This document shows, piece by piece, positions 9,305 through 17,586 of a stretch of 64,000 bases of DNA. The stretch comes from Rhizobium sp. Q54. Lineage in GTDB: Bacteria; Pseudomonadota; Alphaproteobacteria; Rickettsiales; UBA1997. The translations under genes were made by a program, and so were the position numbers. Below the pieces are notes generated by a model. The model was not told the origin of the DNA and made no database searches. It saw only the letters and a program-made list of their open reading frames with translations. How positions within the stretch are numbered: position 1 is the first letter of the stretch; every line of letters begins with the position of its first letter. The stretch covers positions 14,985-78,984 of the forward strand of contig CAMBXE010000001.1 of assembly GCA_945871805.1 (NCBI GenBank), in the 5' to 3' direction.

Positions 9305-9439
9305 TTAGTAGGGGTTTTGTTGTTTAAATGTGGTGAATGATGTAGTATAGAATGTATTATAGATCAAGTCTTGATTTTGCTGTATAAAACAATGCAGCCA
9401 AATTTTTTACTCTCTGAATGTATTAATAGTTTTAATAGT

Positions 9440-9458
9440 TTTTGGTGCCCCCGGCATG
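9440..9458 (-). repeat. partial duplicate of the tRNA-Arg(CCT) 3' end
   Basis: ttttggtgcccccggcatg is identical to 9517-9535 (last 16 nt of the tRNA including CCA, plus 3 flanking nt). Confidence 0.9.
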
Positions 9459-9519
9459 GAGAAAATGACCTAAACGGTCATTTTCGGCGGCAACATCGGC
9501 CGATCTAAATTTTGTATTT

Positions 9520-9594
9520 TGGTGCCCCCGGCATGACTCGAACATGCGCACATGGTTTAGGAAACCACTGCTCTATCCCCTGAGCTACGGGGGC
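9520..9594 (-). tRNA. tRNA-Arg (anticodon CCT)
   Basis: Reverse complement is GCCCCCG TA GCTC..GAGC A GTGGT TTCCTAA ACCAT .. GCATG TTCGAGT CATGC CGGGGGC ACCA. Cloverleaf folds and CCA is encoded. Confidence 0.9.
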
Positions 9595-9681
9595 TAATGA
9601 AACCCGTCTGGCGTTGCCTCGAGGCTTCGAGGCATGAATTTAAGATCGTAACCGAAAACGACCGTTTTGGGTCGTTTTCTA

Positions 9682-9707
9682 CCCCTTCGCTACGGGGGCT
9701 AATGAAA
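9682..9707 (-). repeat. partial duplicate of the tRNA-Arg(CCT) 5' end plus upstream flank
   Basis: ccccttcgctacgggggctaatgaaa versus cccctgagctacgggggctaatgaaa at 9576-9601. The last 18 nt are identical. Confidence 0.85.
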
Positions 9708-9708
9708 T

Positions 9709-10974
9709 TTATTTACTACCGACGCAGTGATATTCAAACCCCTTTTCCCTCATTTCTTTCGCATCAAAAAGATTGCGTAAATCGATGATTTTTTTGGTTC
9801 TGATTTTTGAAAAATCGAGTGCGCGATATTCTTCCCATTCGGTAACGATTACGATTACATCCGCGTCAGACGTAGCTTCGTAAAGATCTTCAAAGAAAGA
9901 AATATTTTTAAATTCTGCCAATTCACGTTTCGCATTTTCGATCGCGGCAAAATCATGAGCGAAAATTTTTACGTCTTTTTTTGCTAATTCTTTGGCGATT
10001 GTGATTGCTGGCGAATAGCGAATGTCGTCGGTATTTCCTTTGAAAGCGAGGCCAAGTAGTGCGATTTTTTTGGCCGGAACGGCGAGAATTTTTTCAACCA
10101 TTCTGATTTTTCTTTTTTGATTCGAAGCGATTACCGAATCGATCAAAGAGAGCTCAACAGAATTTTCTTTGGCGACATTTAAAATCGCCAAAATGTCTTT
10201 CGGAAAACATGATCCGCCAAAGCCCGGCCCGGGATTTAAAAATTTTTCACCAATGCGCGAGTCTAATCCCACAGCGCGCGCAAGCTGCTTGATATTTCCG
10301 CCAACCGCTTCGCACAAATCCGCCATTTCATTAATAAAAGAGATCTTGGTCGCGAGGAAAGAGTTAGCAGCGTATTTGATTAATTCGGCAGTGATGATGT
10401 CGGTTGCGACTAGTTTTTCTGGCGCAAATTTTTCGTAAATTTCGGCGAAAATTTTTTGGGCTTTTTCATCTTCAACTCCGACAACGATGCGGTCGGGATT
10501 CATGAAGTCATTGATCGCAACGCCTTCGCGCAAAAATTCTGGATTAGAAGCGACGGCAAAATCTAGCAGAGGATTTACCCGCTTAATTAATGCCTTTATT
10601 TTCGCGCCAGTGCCGGCGGGAACTGTCGATTTAGTGACGATTAATTTGTAAGATTTTGAAAGTTCAGCTACTTCTTTTGCCGCAGCAAGAACGTAAGAAA
10701 GATCTGCTGATCCATCTTCATCTTGCGGAGTGCCAACGGCGATAAATACAACGGCAGAGCCATCCAAGCCATCTTTTAAATTTGTTGTAAAAGAAATTTT
10801 TACTTCAGCGAGTAACTCAGAAAGTCCTGGTTCAAAAATCGGAACTACGCCGGATTTTAATTGGGAAATTTTTTTTTCGTCCTTGTCGACGCAAATAACT
10901 TCGTGACCAAGTTTAGCGAAACAAACGCCTGAAACCAAGCCCACGTAGCCGCTGCCAATTACTGTGATTTTCAT
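9709..10974 (-). CDS. ugd: UDP-glucose 6-dehydrogenase
   Basis: MKITVIGSGYVGLV Rossmann N-terminus and catalytic GFGGSCFPKD. ATG at 10974 preferred over the GTG at 10989. Confidence 0.92.
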   Translation of the reverse strand: MKITVIGSGYVGLVSGVCFAKLGHEVICVDKDEKKISQLKSGVVPIFEPGLSELLAEVKISFTTNLKDGLDGSAVVFIAVGTPQDEDGSADLSYVLAAAKEVAELSKSYKLIVTKSTVPAGTGAKIKALIKRVNPLLDFAVASNPEFLREGVAINDFMNPDRIVVGVEDEKAQKIFAEIYEKFAPEKLVATDIITAELIKYAANSFLATKISFINEMADLCEAVGGNIKQLARAVGLDSRIGEKFLNPGPGFGGSCFPKDILAILNVAKENSVELSLIDSVIASNQKRKIRMVEKILAVPAKKIALLGLAFKGNTDDIRYSPAITIAKELAKKDVKIFAHDFAAIENAKRELAEFKNISFFEDLYEATSDADVIVIVTEWEEYRALDFSKIRTKKIIDLRNLFDAKEMREKGFEYHCVGSK

Positions 10975-11019
10975 ATTTCCCCCCCCCACTTACAATTGTT
11001 GCCGCAGACTCCAATATTA

Positions 11020-11916
11020 TTACTTTTCCCTCATTATTACGAACTCAGCGAGATCAATCAGCAACCTAGCTTTATCGCCAAAAATTCTTAAATGAGCGAT
11101 TGATTGTTCGTGTAATAATTTCAGTTGTTTTTCGGCATTTTCTAAACCGACTAAATCAACGATGCTGACATTTTCTTTTGTTTTTTTGTGATGAGCTTCT
11201 TCGATTTCTGACTTGCCTATATTGATGCCGCGATGATCCAAAACATCATCCTTAATCTGAAAAGCTAAACCTAAATCATGGGCAAAATAACGTAGCGCAT
11301 TATGTTCATCGGGCCCGCAGCGACCAAGAGCTGCGCCACTTTCTGCTGCAGCCATAAAAAGTTCGCCAGTTTTTAAGCGATGTAATCTCGCCAAGGTTTC
11401 TTTGGAAATTTTTTGCGCAGCTTTTTCGATGTCCATCATTTGCCCACCGGCCATTCCGGCGAATCCTGCGGCTTTAGAAATTATTTTAATTAATTCGCAA
11501 CGAACCGATGCGTCCTTGTGAGTGACGGGATTAGCAAGTATTTCAAAAGCGTAAGTTAGTAAAGCATCGCCAGCAAGAATTGCCGTCGCTTCATCAAATT
11601 TTTTGTGATTAGAGGGTCTGCCGCGCCTTAAATCATCGTCATCCATCGCTGGTAAATCATCGTGAATCAGTGAGTAAACATGAACAAACTCAAGCGCTAC
11701 TGCGGCGTTGAGCGAAGTCAAAATCGACATGCCAAAAATTTGCGCCGAGGCCATTAGTAAAAATGGACGAATTCTTTTTCCGTCAGATAGCGCTGAATAA
11801 CGCATCGCTTCGACCAATTTTGAATCAGCGAAGTCGTGCGGCAAAAGTTCGTCCATTCTTTTTTGTACAAGAATGGAGCAGGCAAGAAGGGATTCTTTAA
11901 GATTTTGAGAGAGCAT
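11020..11916 (-). CDS. ispA: (2E,6E)-farnesyl/geranylgeranyl diphosphate synthase
   Basis: FARM LIHDDLPAMDDDDLRRG and SARM FQIKDDVLD. Confidence 0.92.
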   Translation of the reverse strand: MLSQNLKESLLACSILVQKRMDELLPHDFADSKLVEAMRYSALSDGKRIRPFLLMASAQIFGMSILTSLNAAVALEFVHVYSLIHDDLPAMDDDDLRRGRPSNHKKFDEATAILAGDALLTYAFEILANPVTHKDASVRCELIKIISKAAGFAGMAGGQMMDIEKAAQKISKETLARLHRLKTGELFMAAAESGAALGRCGPDEHNALRYFAHDLGLAFQIKDDVLDHRGINIGKSEIEEAHHKKTKENVSIVDLVGLENAEKQLKLLHEQSIAHLRIFGDKARLLIDLAEFVIMREK

Positions 11917-11967
11917 TTTTAAGAAAATTTACGCACAGGATTCATGTGAATAGTTGCGCTGCATTAG

Positions 11968-13050
11968 TTATTTTTTATTCAACGCTTTATCTATTTCAGA
12001 CAGAGAATTTGCGAGCTGATTTAATTCATCAATTTCGAATTTTGGAATCTGGCGATTTGATTCATTGCGACAAATTTTTTGAGCAGTTTCAGACAAAATT
12101 GCAATCGGACGAATGATGTGTTCGTAGAAGCCAAAAAGTACAAATCCAACAATGGCGATAAGGAAGGAAGCTATAAGCGAGTAGGTCATTAGTCGCATCG
12201 TGTGGCGACGTTCTGCTGTATTGTTGTCGTAGATTGTAATTAGGCCATAACTGACACATTCTTCGATTAAATCACATTCAAATAATTGTTTGAAGTAGGC
12301 AAAATCAGAGATCAATTCTCGTCGAGAAGGGTCCTTAATATTTTCCAGCATTTTTTCCAAAATAACCTTGTTTTCCCCGCTGTCGAGATTCTCAGATTTT
12401 ATAACCACCTCGCCATTGCCATCCGTGATCGCGAATAAAACATTATCGCCAGAAATCAGGCTGCTGATCTGTGATTTTAAATTGTTAACGCTGATCCCAG
12501 CGATCACTGATCCAACATATTCTCGATGATTATTAGTAATGCCGTAGCCAATGGGAATGGAATGAATTTTGCTGATGCGGCCAATAATTGGGTTGCCAAT
12601 GTGCATCGTTAGCGGGTTTTCTCGGGCTAAAATGAGATAATTGCGATCCGAGAGATCGATATTTTCATCTAGGATGCCAAGTCCGCTTGAAACTTTAACC
12701 TTATGTTTTTCATCAACCCAGGCAAAAATATTCCAATGCAATAGGCCGTCACTAGGGACGCGATAATTTATTAGCAGATCGTTAATAAATTTGTAATCGC
12801 GCGGGTTGTGAGTTGAGATTTGTCTGCCGACATAGGTCATTATTTGCTTGGTGTAAATCAGAGAGTCGGTGATTTTGCGATTAATATTATTGTTTTGAGC
12901 TCTAATTTCGTAAGAGGCGGTCGATCTAAAATCATTATATTCGCCAAAGAGAAACGTCAGCGAAGCAGCGAGAAGGATAGCTGAAAATATTGCTGCGATG
13001 AAGTAAAAGTAGCTGTTGGCACTTTTTTTAATAAGAAATTTTATAATCAT
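11968..13050 (-). CDS. membrane sensor-like protein (TM, Cache-like periplasmic domain, TM, HAMP-like) with no output domain
   Basis: Hydrophobic N-terminus YFYFIAAIFSAILLAASLTFLF and second TM LIASFLIAIVGFVLFGF, followed by IIRPIAILSETAQKI...DELNQLANSL. Ends about 45 aa after TM2. Confidence 0.6.
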   Translation of the reverse strand: MIIKFLIKKSANSYFYFIAAIFSAILLAASLTFLFGEYNDFRSTASYEIRAQNNNINRKITDSLIYTKQIMTYVGRQISTHNPRDYKFINDLLINYRVPSDGLLHWNIFAWVDEKHKVKVSSGLGILDENIDLSDRNYLILARENPLTMHIGNPIIGRISKIHSIPIGYGITNNHREYVGSVIAGISVNNLKSQISSLISGDNVLFAITDGNGEVVIKSENLDSGENKVILEKMLENIKDPSRRELISDFAYFKQLFECDLIEECVSYGLITIYDNNTAERRHTMRLMTYSLIASFLIAIVGFVLFGFYEHIIRPIAILSETAQKICRNESNRQIPKFEIDELNQLANSLSEIDKALNKK

Positions 13051-13058
13051 TCGCGAAA

Positions 13059-14468
13059 TTACTTGGTTCGTTTGGCTGAGTCATTTTGCGGCTCATTGTC
13101 AGCGCAGGTTTCTTCGGTTTTTTTCGGAAAGTATCTATCTACAAAAGAGCCTTTGCTTCTGATCGCGCTTTCGCGCTTTAGTGAATATTCAGACAAAGCT
13201 TCGGAAAGAATAATTAAGCCAGTTTTGATATTTTCTCGATCAAGTTCCGTGCGATTTGGATATTTTTTTGAGTTTTGTGAAATGCTTATCACGGCTTCAA
13301 GAGCCTGTTCATCACTGAGTGCTGGATTAGCAAAATCTTGGCAGCTCTTGATAATTTTTATGGTTTCTGCGTTGTTCAGAATGCCTTTTATGTAGACCCC
13401 GGTGCCGTGTCCATAAGAGTCAGAAATAATTACCCCGTCTGATCTTTCGAATGTCGGCGGGACAACATCTGGCCCCATCACTAGAAGTATATTGGGGCTA
13501 TTTTTACCATATCTTGTTAGGCAAGTTACGTCCTGTTTGTAAAGATCTGGGTTAAGAAAAATATTGCTGAAGAATTTTTCAGGTTTCTTGCTGCCGCAAT
13601 CGGTAAGACTAATGAAATAAACCGACGGAGATAGTTCGCATTCCAAGCTTTGAGTTAATGGAGACCCCATGTTAACGCAAAGAATCTTGTTCGTGTATTT
13701 TTTTATCTGATCTTCTTCGCGGCCATTTTCTTCTAATTTTGCTTTTAAATATCTTAGATGAGAACCGGCTTCTCTGGCGCCAATGCTGTGACTTAAAAGA
13801 ATGACACGCTTGCAATCATTCGGATCTTTAAGCTGTTTTTCTTGATCAAAGAAAATCGGCACAAAAATCTTTTCAAAAAAATTTTCAGATTCTTCTTGGT
13901 TGATGTAATCCGTTTCGACATAAGGCATGGCTCCTTTGATGTAGCGTCGATCTTGATCGGCATCAAGTTTCGGCGAGTAAATTAACCTCCGTAAGTTCGG
14001 AGCTAGTTTAGCCATCTGCGCATAGGTATTTCTTAACGCTTTATCGGAGCTTGCCCCACCAAGCCCCGGAGTGATGATAACTTGTGCTTTTGCTACTATT
14101 TCAGGGCTTGCTATTCTTAGTTCTGAGTCTCCTTCAATTTCGATAGCTTGCCCCATCACGCCTTCTATCGAAGATTTAGGCTGTTCGTTTAATTGATTGT
14201 GAGTCGAATGAACCAAAATCGGATCAAGTAGGTTGTTTTGTATGGTTGTGAATAGCTCGCCAATGGCGAATGGGGGCTGAATACCCAAAATCCATTTACG
14301 CCGATCTTTTTCGCGCGCAGCTTTTACAATTTCCTTTATGCAGGAATTAATTTGCGTCTCGTGATGTTGAGTTTGTAGTGCGTCGACATAGCTAATTCCA
14401 GCGGCGGCACTTACCCTGTCGGATAATATTTTTGTAAATTTTGGCAGTTTTTTAAATGACCTAGACAT
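13059..14468 (-). CDS. hypothetical protein, putative alpha/beta-fold serine hydrolase
   Basis: VIITPGLGG, nucleophile-elbow-like VILLSHSIGAREAG, later SDSYGHG. ATG at 14468 avoids overlap with thrB. 8-nt gap to the downstream sensor-like gene. Confidence 0.5.
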   Translation of the reverse strand: MSRSFKKLPKFTKILSDRVSAAAGISYVDALQTQHHETQINSCIKEIVKAAREKDRRKWILGIQPPFAIGELFTTIQNNLLDPILVHSTHNQLNEQPKSSIEGVMGQAIEIEGDSELRIASPEIVAKAQVIITPGLGGASSDKALRNTYAQMAKLAPNLRRLIYSPKLDADQDRRYIKGAMPYVETDYINQEESENFFEKIFVPIFFDQEKQLKDPNDCKRVILLSHSIGAREAGSHLRYLKAKLEENGREEDQIKKYTNKILCVNMGSPLTQSLECELSPSVYFISLTDCGSKKPEKFFSNIFLNPDLYKQDVTCLTRYGKNSPNILLVMGPDVVPPTFERSDGVIISDSYGHGTGVYIKGILNNAETIKIIKSCQDFANPALSDEQALEAVISISQNSKKYPNRTELDRENIKTGLIILSEALSEYSLKRESAIRSKGSFVDRYFPKKTEETCADNEPQNDSAKRTK

Positions 14469-14507
14469 TTTTATTAAATAAAATGAGCGGAATAAATCCT
14501 TATAAAT

Positions 14508-15440
14508 ATGGCAGTTTACACAAAAGTTACAAAAGAAGAAATTACTTCTCACCTAAGAAAATACAGCATCGGCGCATCAATAGATCTCAAAGAAATTCTT
14601 GAAGGAATCGACAATTCTAATTTTATTTTAGAGACCGATCAGGGGAAGTTTATTCTTACTATTTTTGAATCACGCCTTGCTGAAAATGCTGAAAAAGATT
14701 TACCATTTTTCATAAATTTAAAACTGCACTTGGCGAGAAATGGAATTTCTTGTCCGCGACCAATCCTTGATAATAAAGGTTCTGCGCTGGTCGATCTCGA
14801 AGGAAAAAAATCGGTAATTGTTACTTTTTTGACGGGAAAAGCTGTCGCAAAAATTACGCCAAACAGTTGTTTTGAAGTTGGAAAAATTTTAGCCAAATTG
14901 CATTTAGCCGCCGCTGATTTTTCGATGTCGCGTAAAAATGATTACGGAATTTCTAACTTGCGTCCTTTGTTTTCTAAGTTCGAACGCTTGCTCGATGATT
15001 ACCAAAAAGATTTGCGCGAAGAAATTTTAGAGAATCTAGATTTCCTAGAAAGATCTTGGAACCTTGATTTACCTAGTGCCGCAGTGCATTTAGATTTTTT
15101 CCCCGACAATGTTTTTTTTGACGAGGATGAAAAAGTGAGTGGAGTAATCGATTTTTATTTCGCCGCTAATGATGCCTTGATCTACGATTTTGCTGTGACC
15201 ACGACCGCCTGGGTTGATGATGAAAAAAAATTTGCCGCGCTACTGCAGGGCTACGAGGAAGTCAGAAAATTTTCTGAAGAGGAAAAAGATTTTTTAAAAA
15301 TCGCCTTAGTAGGAGCCTCGATGCGCTTTTTATTAACAAGGCTTCACGACATGTTTTTCACCGTAAAAAATTCTTTCGTTACGATCAAAGACCCGCAGGA
15401 ATATTTAGAAAAACTAAGATTTTTTAGAGCGCACGCATGA
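14508..15440 (+). CDS. thrB: homoserine kinase, APH-fold (ThrB type II)
   Basis: MAVYTKVTKEEI...EGIDNSNFILETDQGKFILTIFE matches the Pseudomonas/alphaproteobacterial ThrB N-terminus. HLDFFPDN kinase motif. Confidence 0.85.
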   Translation: MAVYTKVTKEEITSHLRKYSIGASIDLKEILEGIDNSNFILETDQGKFILTIFESRLAENAEKDLPFFINLKLHLARNGISCPRPILDNKGSALVDLEGKKSVIVTFLTGKAVAKITPNSCFEVGKILAKLHLAAADFSMSRKNDYGISNLRPLFSKFERLLDDYQKDLREEILENLDFLERSWNLDLPSAAVHLDFFPDNVFFDEDEKVSGVIDFYFAANDALIYDFAVTTTAWVDDEKKFAALLQGYEEVRKFSEEEKDFLKIALVGASMRFLLTRLHDMFFTVKNSFVTIKDPQEYLEKLRFFRAHA

Positions 15441-16138
15441 GCATCAAACATCATTTTTTCGGCAAGGATTGTGTAATTGATCGCGAGTTGTTGGGCCGCT
15501 CCAATCTTGAGAGCGCACTGGATAAGAAAAATTTTTCTCCGGCGGCAGTTTTATTCGTAAAGCAAGTTCATGGCGCTGAAATTGCTGTTGTCGATTCGGC
15601 AGAAAAAATTCACGGCAATCAGAATCTGCCCAAGGCTGACGCGCTTGTAACCAATTTGCCAAATATTGTTCTTGGAATAGTTACCGCTGATTGCGCCCCG
15701 ATTTTATTTTTTGATGCAGAGAGAAAAATAATCGCCGCCGCACATGCTGGTTGGCGCGGAGCCAAGCTAGGAGTGATTTCATCAACTGTCACCGAAATGA
15801 AAAAGCTTGGAGCAAAAAATATTGAAGCAGTAATTGGGCCAATGATTCAGCAAAAATCTTACGAAGTTTCTCAAGAATTTTTAGAGGATTTCTCACGCGA
15901 AAATTCAGCCAATAAAATATTTTTTATTGAAGGCGCAAAAGCTGAAAAATATTGGTTTGACCTGCCTTCTTACGTCGAGAAAAAATTGCAGGAATCGGGA
16001 ATTACAAAAATCACAAATCAACGAATCGACACCTACACAAATGAACAAGATTTTTTTTCTTTCAGAAGATCAACGCATCAAGGAGAGAAAGACTGCGGAA
16101 GGAATGTTTCGGTGATTGTGGGGGGAGGTGGTGCCTGA
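15437..16138 (+). CDS. pgeF: laccase-domain purine nucleoside phosphorylase (YfiH/PgeF family)
   Basis: VKQVHG, ADALVT, VTADCAPILFFD, AAHAGWRGA. ATGA overlap with thrB. Confidence 0.88.
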   Translation: MSIKHHFFGKDCVIDRELLGRSNLESALDKKNFSPAAVLFVKQVHGAEIAVVDSAEKIHGNQNLPKADALVTNLPNIVLGIVTADCAPILFFDAERKIIAAAHAGWRGAKLGVISSTVTEMKKLGAKNIEAVIGPMIQQKSYEVSQEFLEDFSRENSANKIFFIEGAKAEKYWFDLPSYVEKKLQESGITKITNQRIDTYTNEQDFFSFRRSTHQGEKDCGRNVSVIVGGGGA

Positions 16139-16204
16139 AGCCGGAATCGAACCAGCGACACAAGGATTTTCAGTCCTTTGCTCTACCAACTGAGCTATTC
16201 AGGC
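16129..16204 (-). tRNA. tRNA-Phe (anticodon GAA)
   Basis: Reverse complement is GCCTGAATAGCTCAGTTGGTAGAGCAAAGGACTGAAAATCCTTGTGTCGCTGGTTCGATTCCGGCTTCAGGCACCA. Confidence 0.95.
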
Positions 16205-16261
16205 GCGAAGGCGCGGCAACGTAAAGACGGATCTTTTATTTGCAAGTTGGCCAGTTCGTCA

Positions 16262-16320
16262 CTGCGAGCTACGTGGGGCAATCCACGGTAAAAAACTGGA
16301 TTGCCCCGCGCAGCTCGCAG
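16262..16320. repeat. long intergenic hairpin (24-bp stem)
   Basis: ctgcgagctacgtggggcaatcca pairs with tggattgccccgcgcagctcgcag (two positions become G-U on one strand). 11-nt loop. Confidence 0.8.
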
Positions 16321-16406
16321 CGAAGAAGTGGAGAGGTTAGTACCAAATCCACAACCTGGACTTGCAAAAAATCACTCACAAGATGATGCAAAATTATCCC
16401 AGATAA

Positions 16407-16850
16407 ATGTCAGAAAACTTTCTCAAAAAAATTCGCGAAGAAAAGAAAATTGGTCAAAGCGAGCTGGCGCAAAAAATTGGCGTGAGCAAGCAGCTACTTT
16501 CTGGTTTCGAAAATGGTCGCAGTGGTATTTCGAACGAGGTTTTAAAGAAGATTTCTGAAGTGCTTGAAATCAGTCCAGACGCGATTCTAACTGGTAAATC
16601 ATCTCGACCATTTGACGAAGACGGGCGCAAGAAATTAACCGCAGCAATGAGCTTGGCCTTCAAGATTTACGGCGATCAATTTGACAAAGAGACTTTGATT
16701 AAAATCGCTACCGAGACCTACGGATTCGCGGTTGATTTCGATCTAGCCAAAAACGAGCTTAGCAAAAATAAACTTAAAAATTCTCTCGAAGAAAAAATTA
16801 TCGCAGGACTCGCGGCCAAGTGCTTTCTAGACTCGATAACCGTCGAATAA
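16407..16850 (+). CDS. XRE-family helix-turn-helix regulator with an unknown C-terminal domain
   Basis: IREEKKIGQSELAQKIGVSKQLLSGFENGRSGISNEVLKKISEVLEISPDAIL. Confidence 0.85.
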   Translation: MSENFLKKIREEKKIGQSELAQKIGVSKQLLSGFENGRSGISNEVLKKISEVLEISPDAILTGKSSRPFDEDGRKKLTAAMSLAFKIYGDQFDKETLIKIATETYGFAVDFDLAKNELSKNKLKNSLEEKIIAGLAAKCFLDSITVE

Positions 16851-16863
16851 TAAATTTTAAACC

Positions 16864-17076
16864 ATGCAGCAAGAAGAAAAAAAATTAGCCAAACAGGAAT
16901 TAGAAAAAATTTACAACAATCGCTTTAAGTGGTTGCAAGCGGGCAAGATGTTGCGAGGCAGATTTGCCCAAACACTTCACGACAATCCGAAATTAAATTT
17001 GGTGCTGAAATTGGTGGTATTGGCCAATATCGGAATCTGGTCTTCGCTTGCTTTTTTATTTTTAAAATTTTTCTAA
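16864..17076 (+). CDS. small tail-anchored membrane protein, hypothetical
   Basis: 70 aa, charged N-terminus, C-terminal hydrophobic helix LVLKLVVLANIGIWSSLAFLFLKFF. 13-nt and 1-nt gaps to its neighbours. Confidence 0.5.
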   Translation: MQQEEKKLAKQELEKIYNNRFKWLQAGKMLRGRFAQTLHDNPKLNLVLKLVVLANIGIWSSLAFLFLKFF

Positions 17077-17077
17077 C

Positions 17078-17479
17078 ATGGTTCTAAAGCGTTACGTTCT
17101 GTTGGTCGAAGACGAAAAATTTCAGGCAACATTATTTGCCAAAATCATTGAAAACGAACTTTCAGATTTTGGTTACCAAGTCATTACTATCGAAAATGGG
17201 CGCGACGCATTGAAGTTTTTTTCCGGAGAAAAAATTTTAGAAATCGAACAAAGCGAAGTCGGATTGGTGCTACTTGATTTAGCCATTCACGATATTTCTG
17301 GCTTGCAAATTCTTGAGAAGATCGACGCAAAAATTCCGGTTGCGGTGCTCAGTGCGAATGAAGATGAAAAAGTGAAAGCAGATGCTTTGCGCTTGGGCGC
17401 GTCCGAATATTTCGTGAAGGGAAAAAGTCTCGAAGAGCTAAACAGGTTACGAGATTTTATTGTTAAGGTAATGAGGTAG
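17078..17479 (+). CDS. single-domain response regulator (CheY-like receiver)
   Basis: LLVEDE acidic pocket, phospho-acceptor in VLLDLAI, AVLSAN, and the conserved Lys in YFVKG. No output domain. Confidence 0.85.
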   Translation: MVLKRYVLLVEDEKFQATLFAKIIENELSDFGYQVITIENGRDALKFFSGEKILEIEQSEVGLVLLDLAIHDISGLQILEKIDAKIPVAVLSANEDEKVKADALRLGASEYFVKGKSLEELNRLRDFIVKVMR

Positions 17480-17586
17480 CTCTGCGTAAATTTTTTATTT
17501 TCTTATTTTTTGTAATTCGTTCTGAACCCTCTCTAGCTGCTCTACCATTCGTTACAGATGATGCTGGGATAGTTGATTTAAACCAA

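Noticed and set aside
6472-9707. Integrated genomic island or prophage at tRNA-Arg(CCT)
   Set aside because: I found no integrase, transposase or phage genes. The tRNA-end duplicates are only 61-88 nt from the gene, and housekeeping dusB lies inside the candidate interval. I report it only as a scarred integration hotspot.
16301-16558. 85-aa ORF overlapping the start of the XRE gene
   Set aside because: It starts inside the long hairpin and overlaps the well-supported HTH gene in another frame. The product is Arg/Lys/Trp-rich with no motif.
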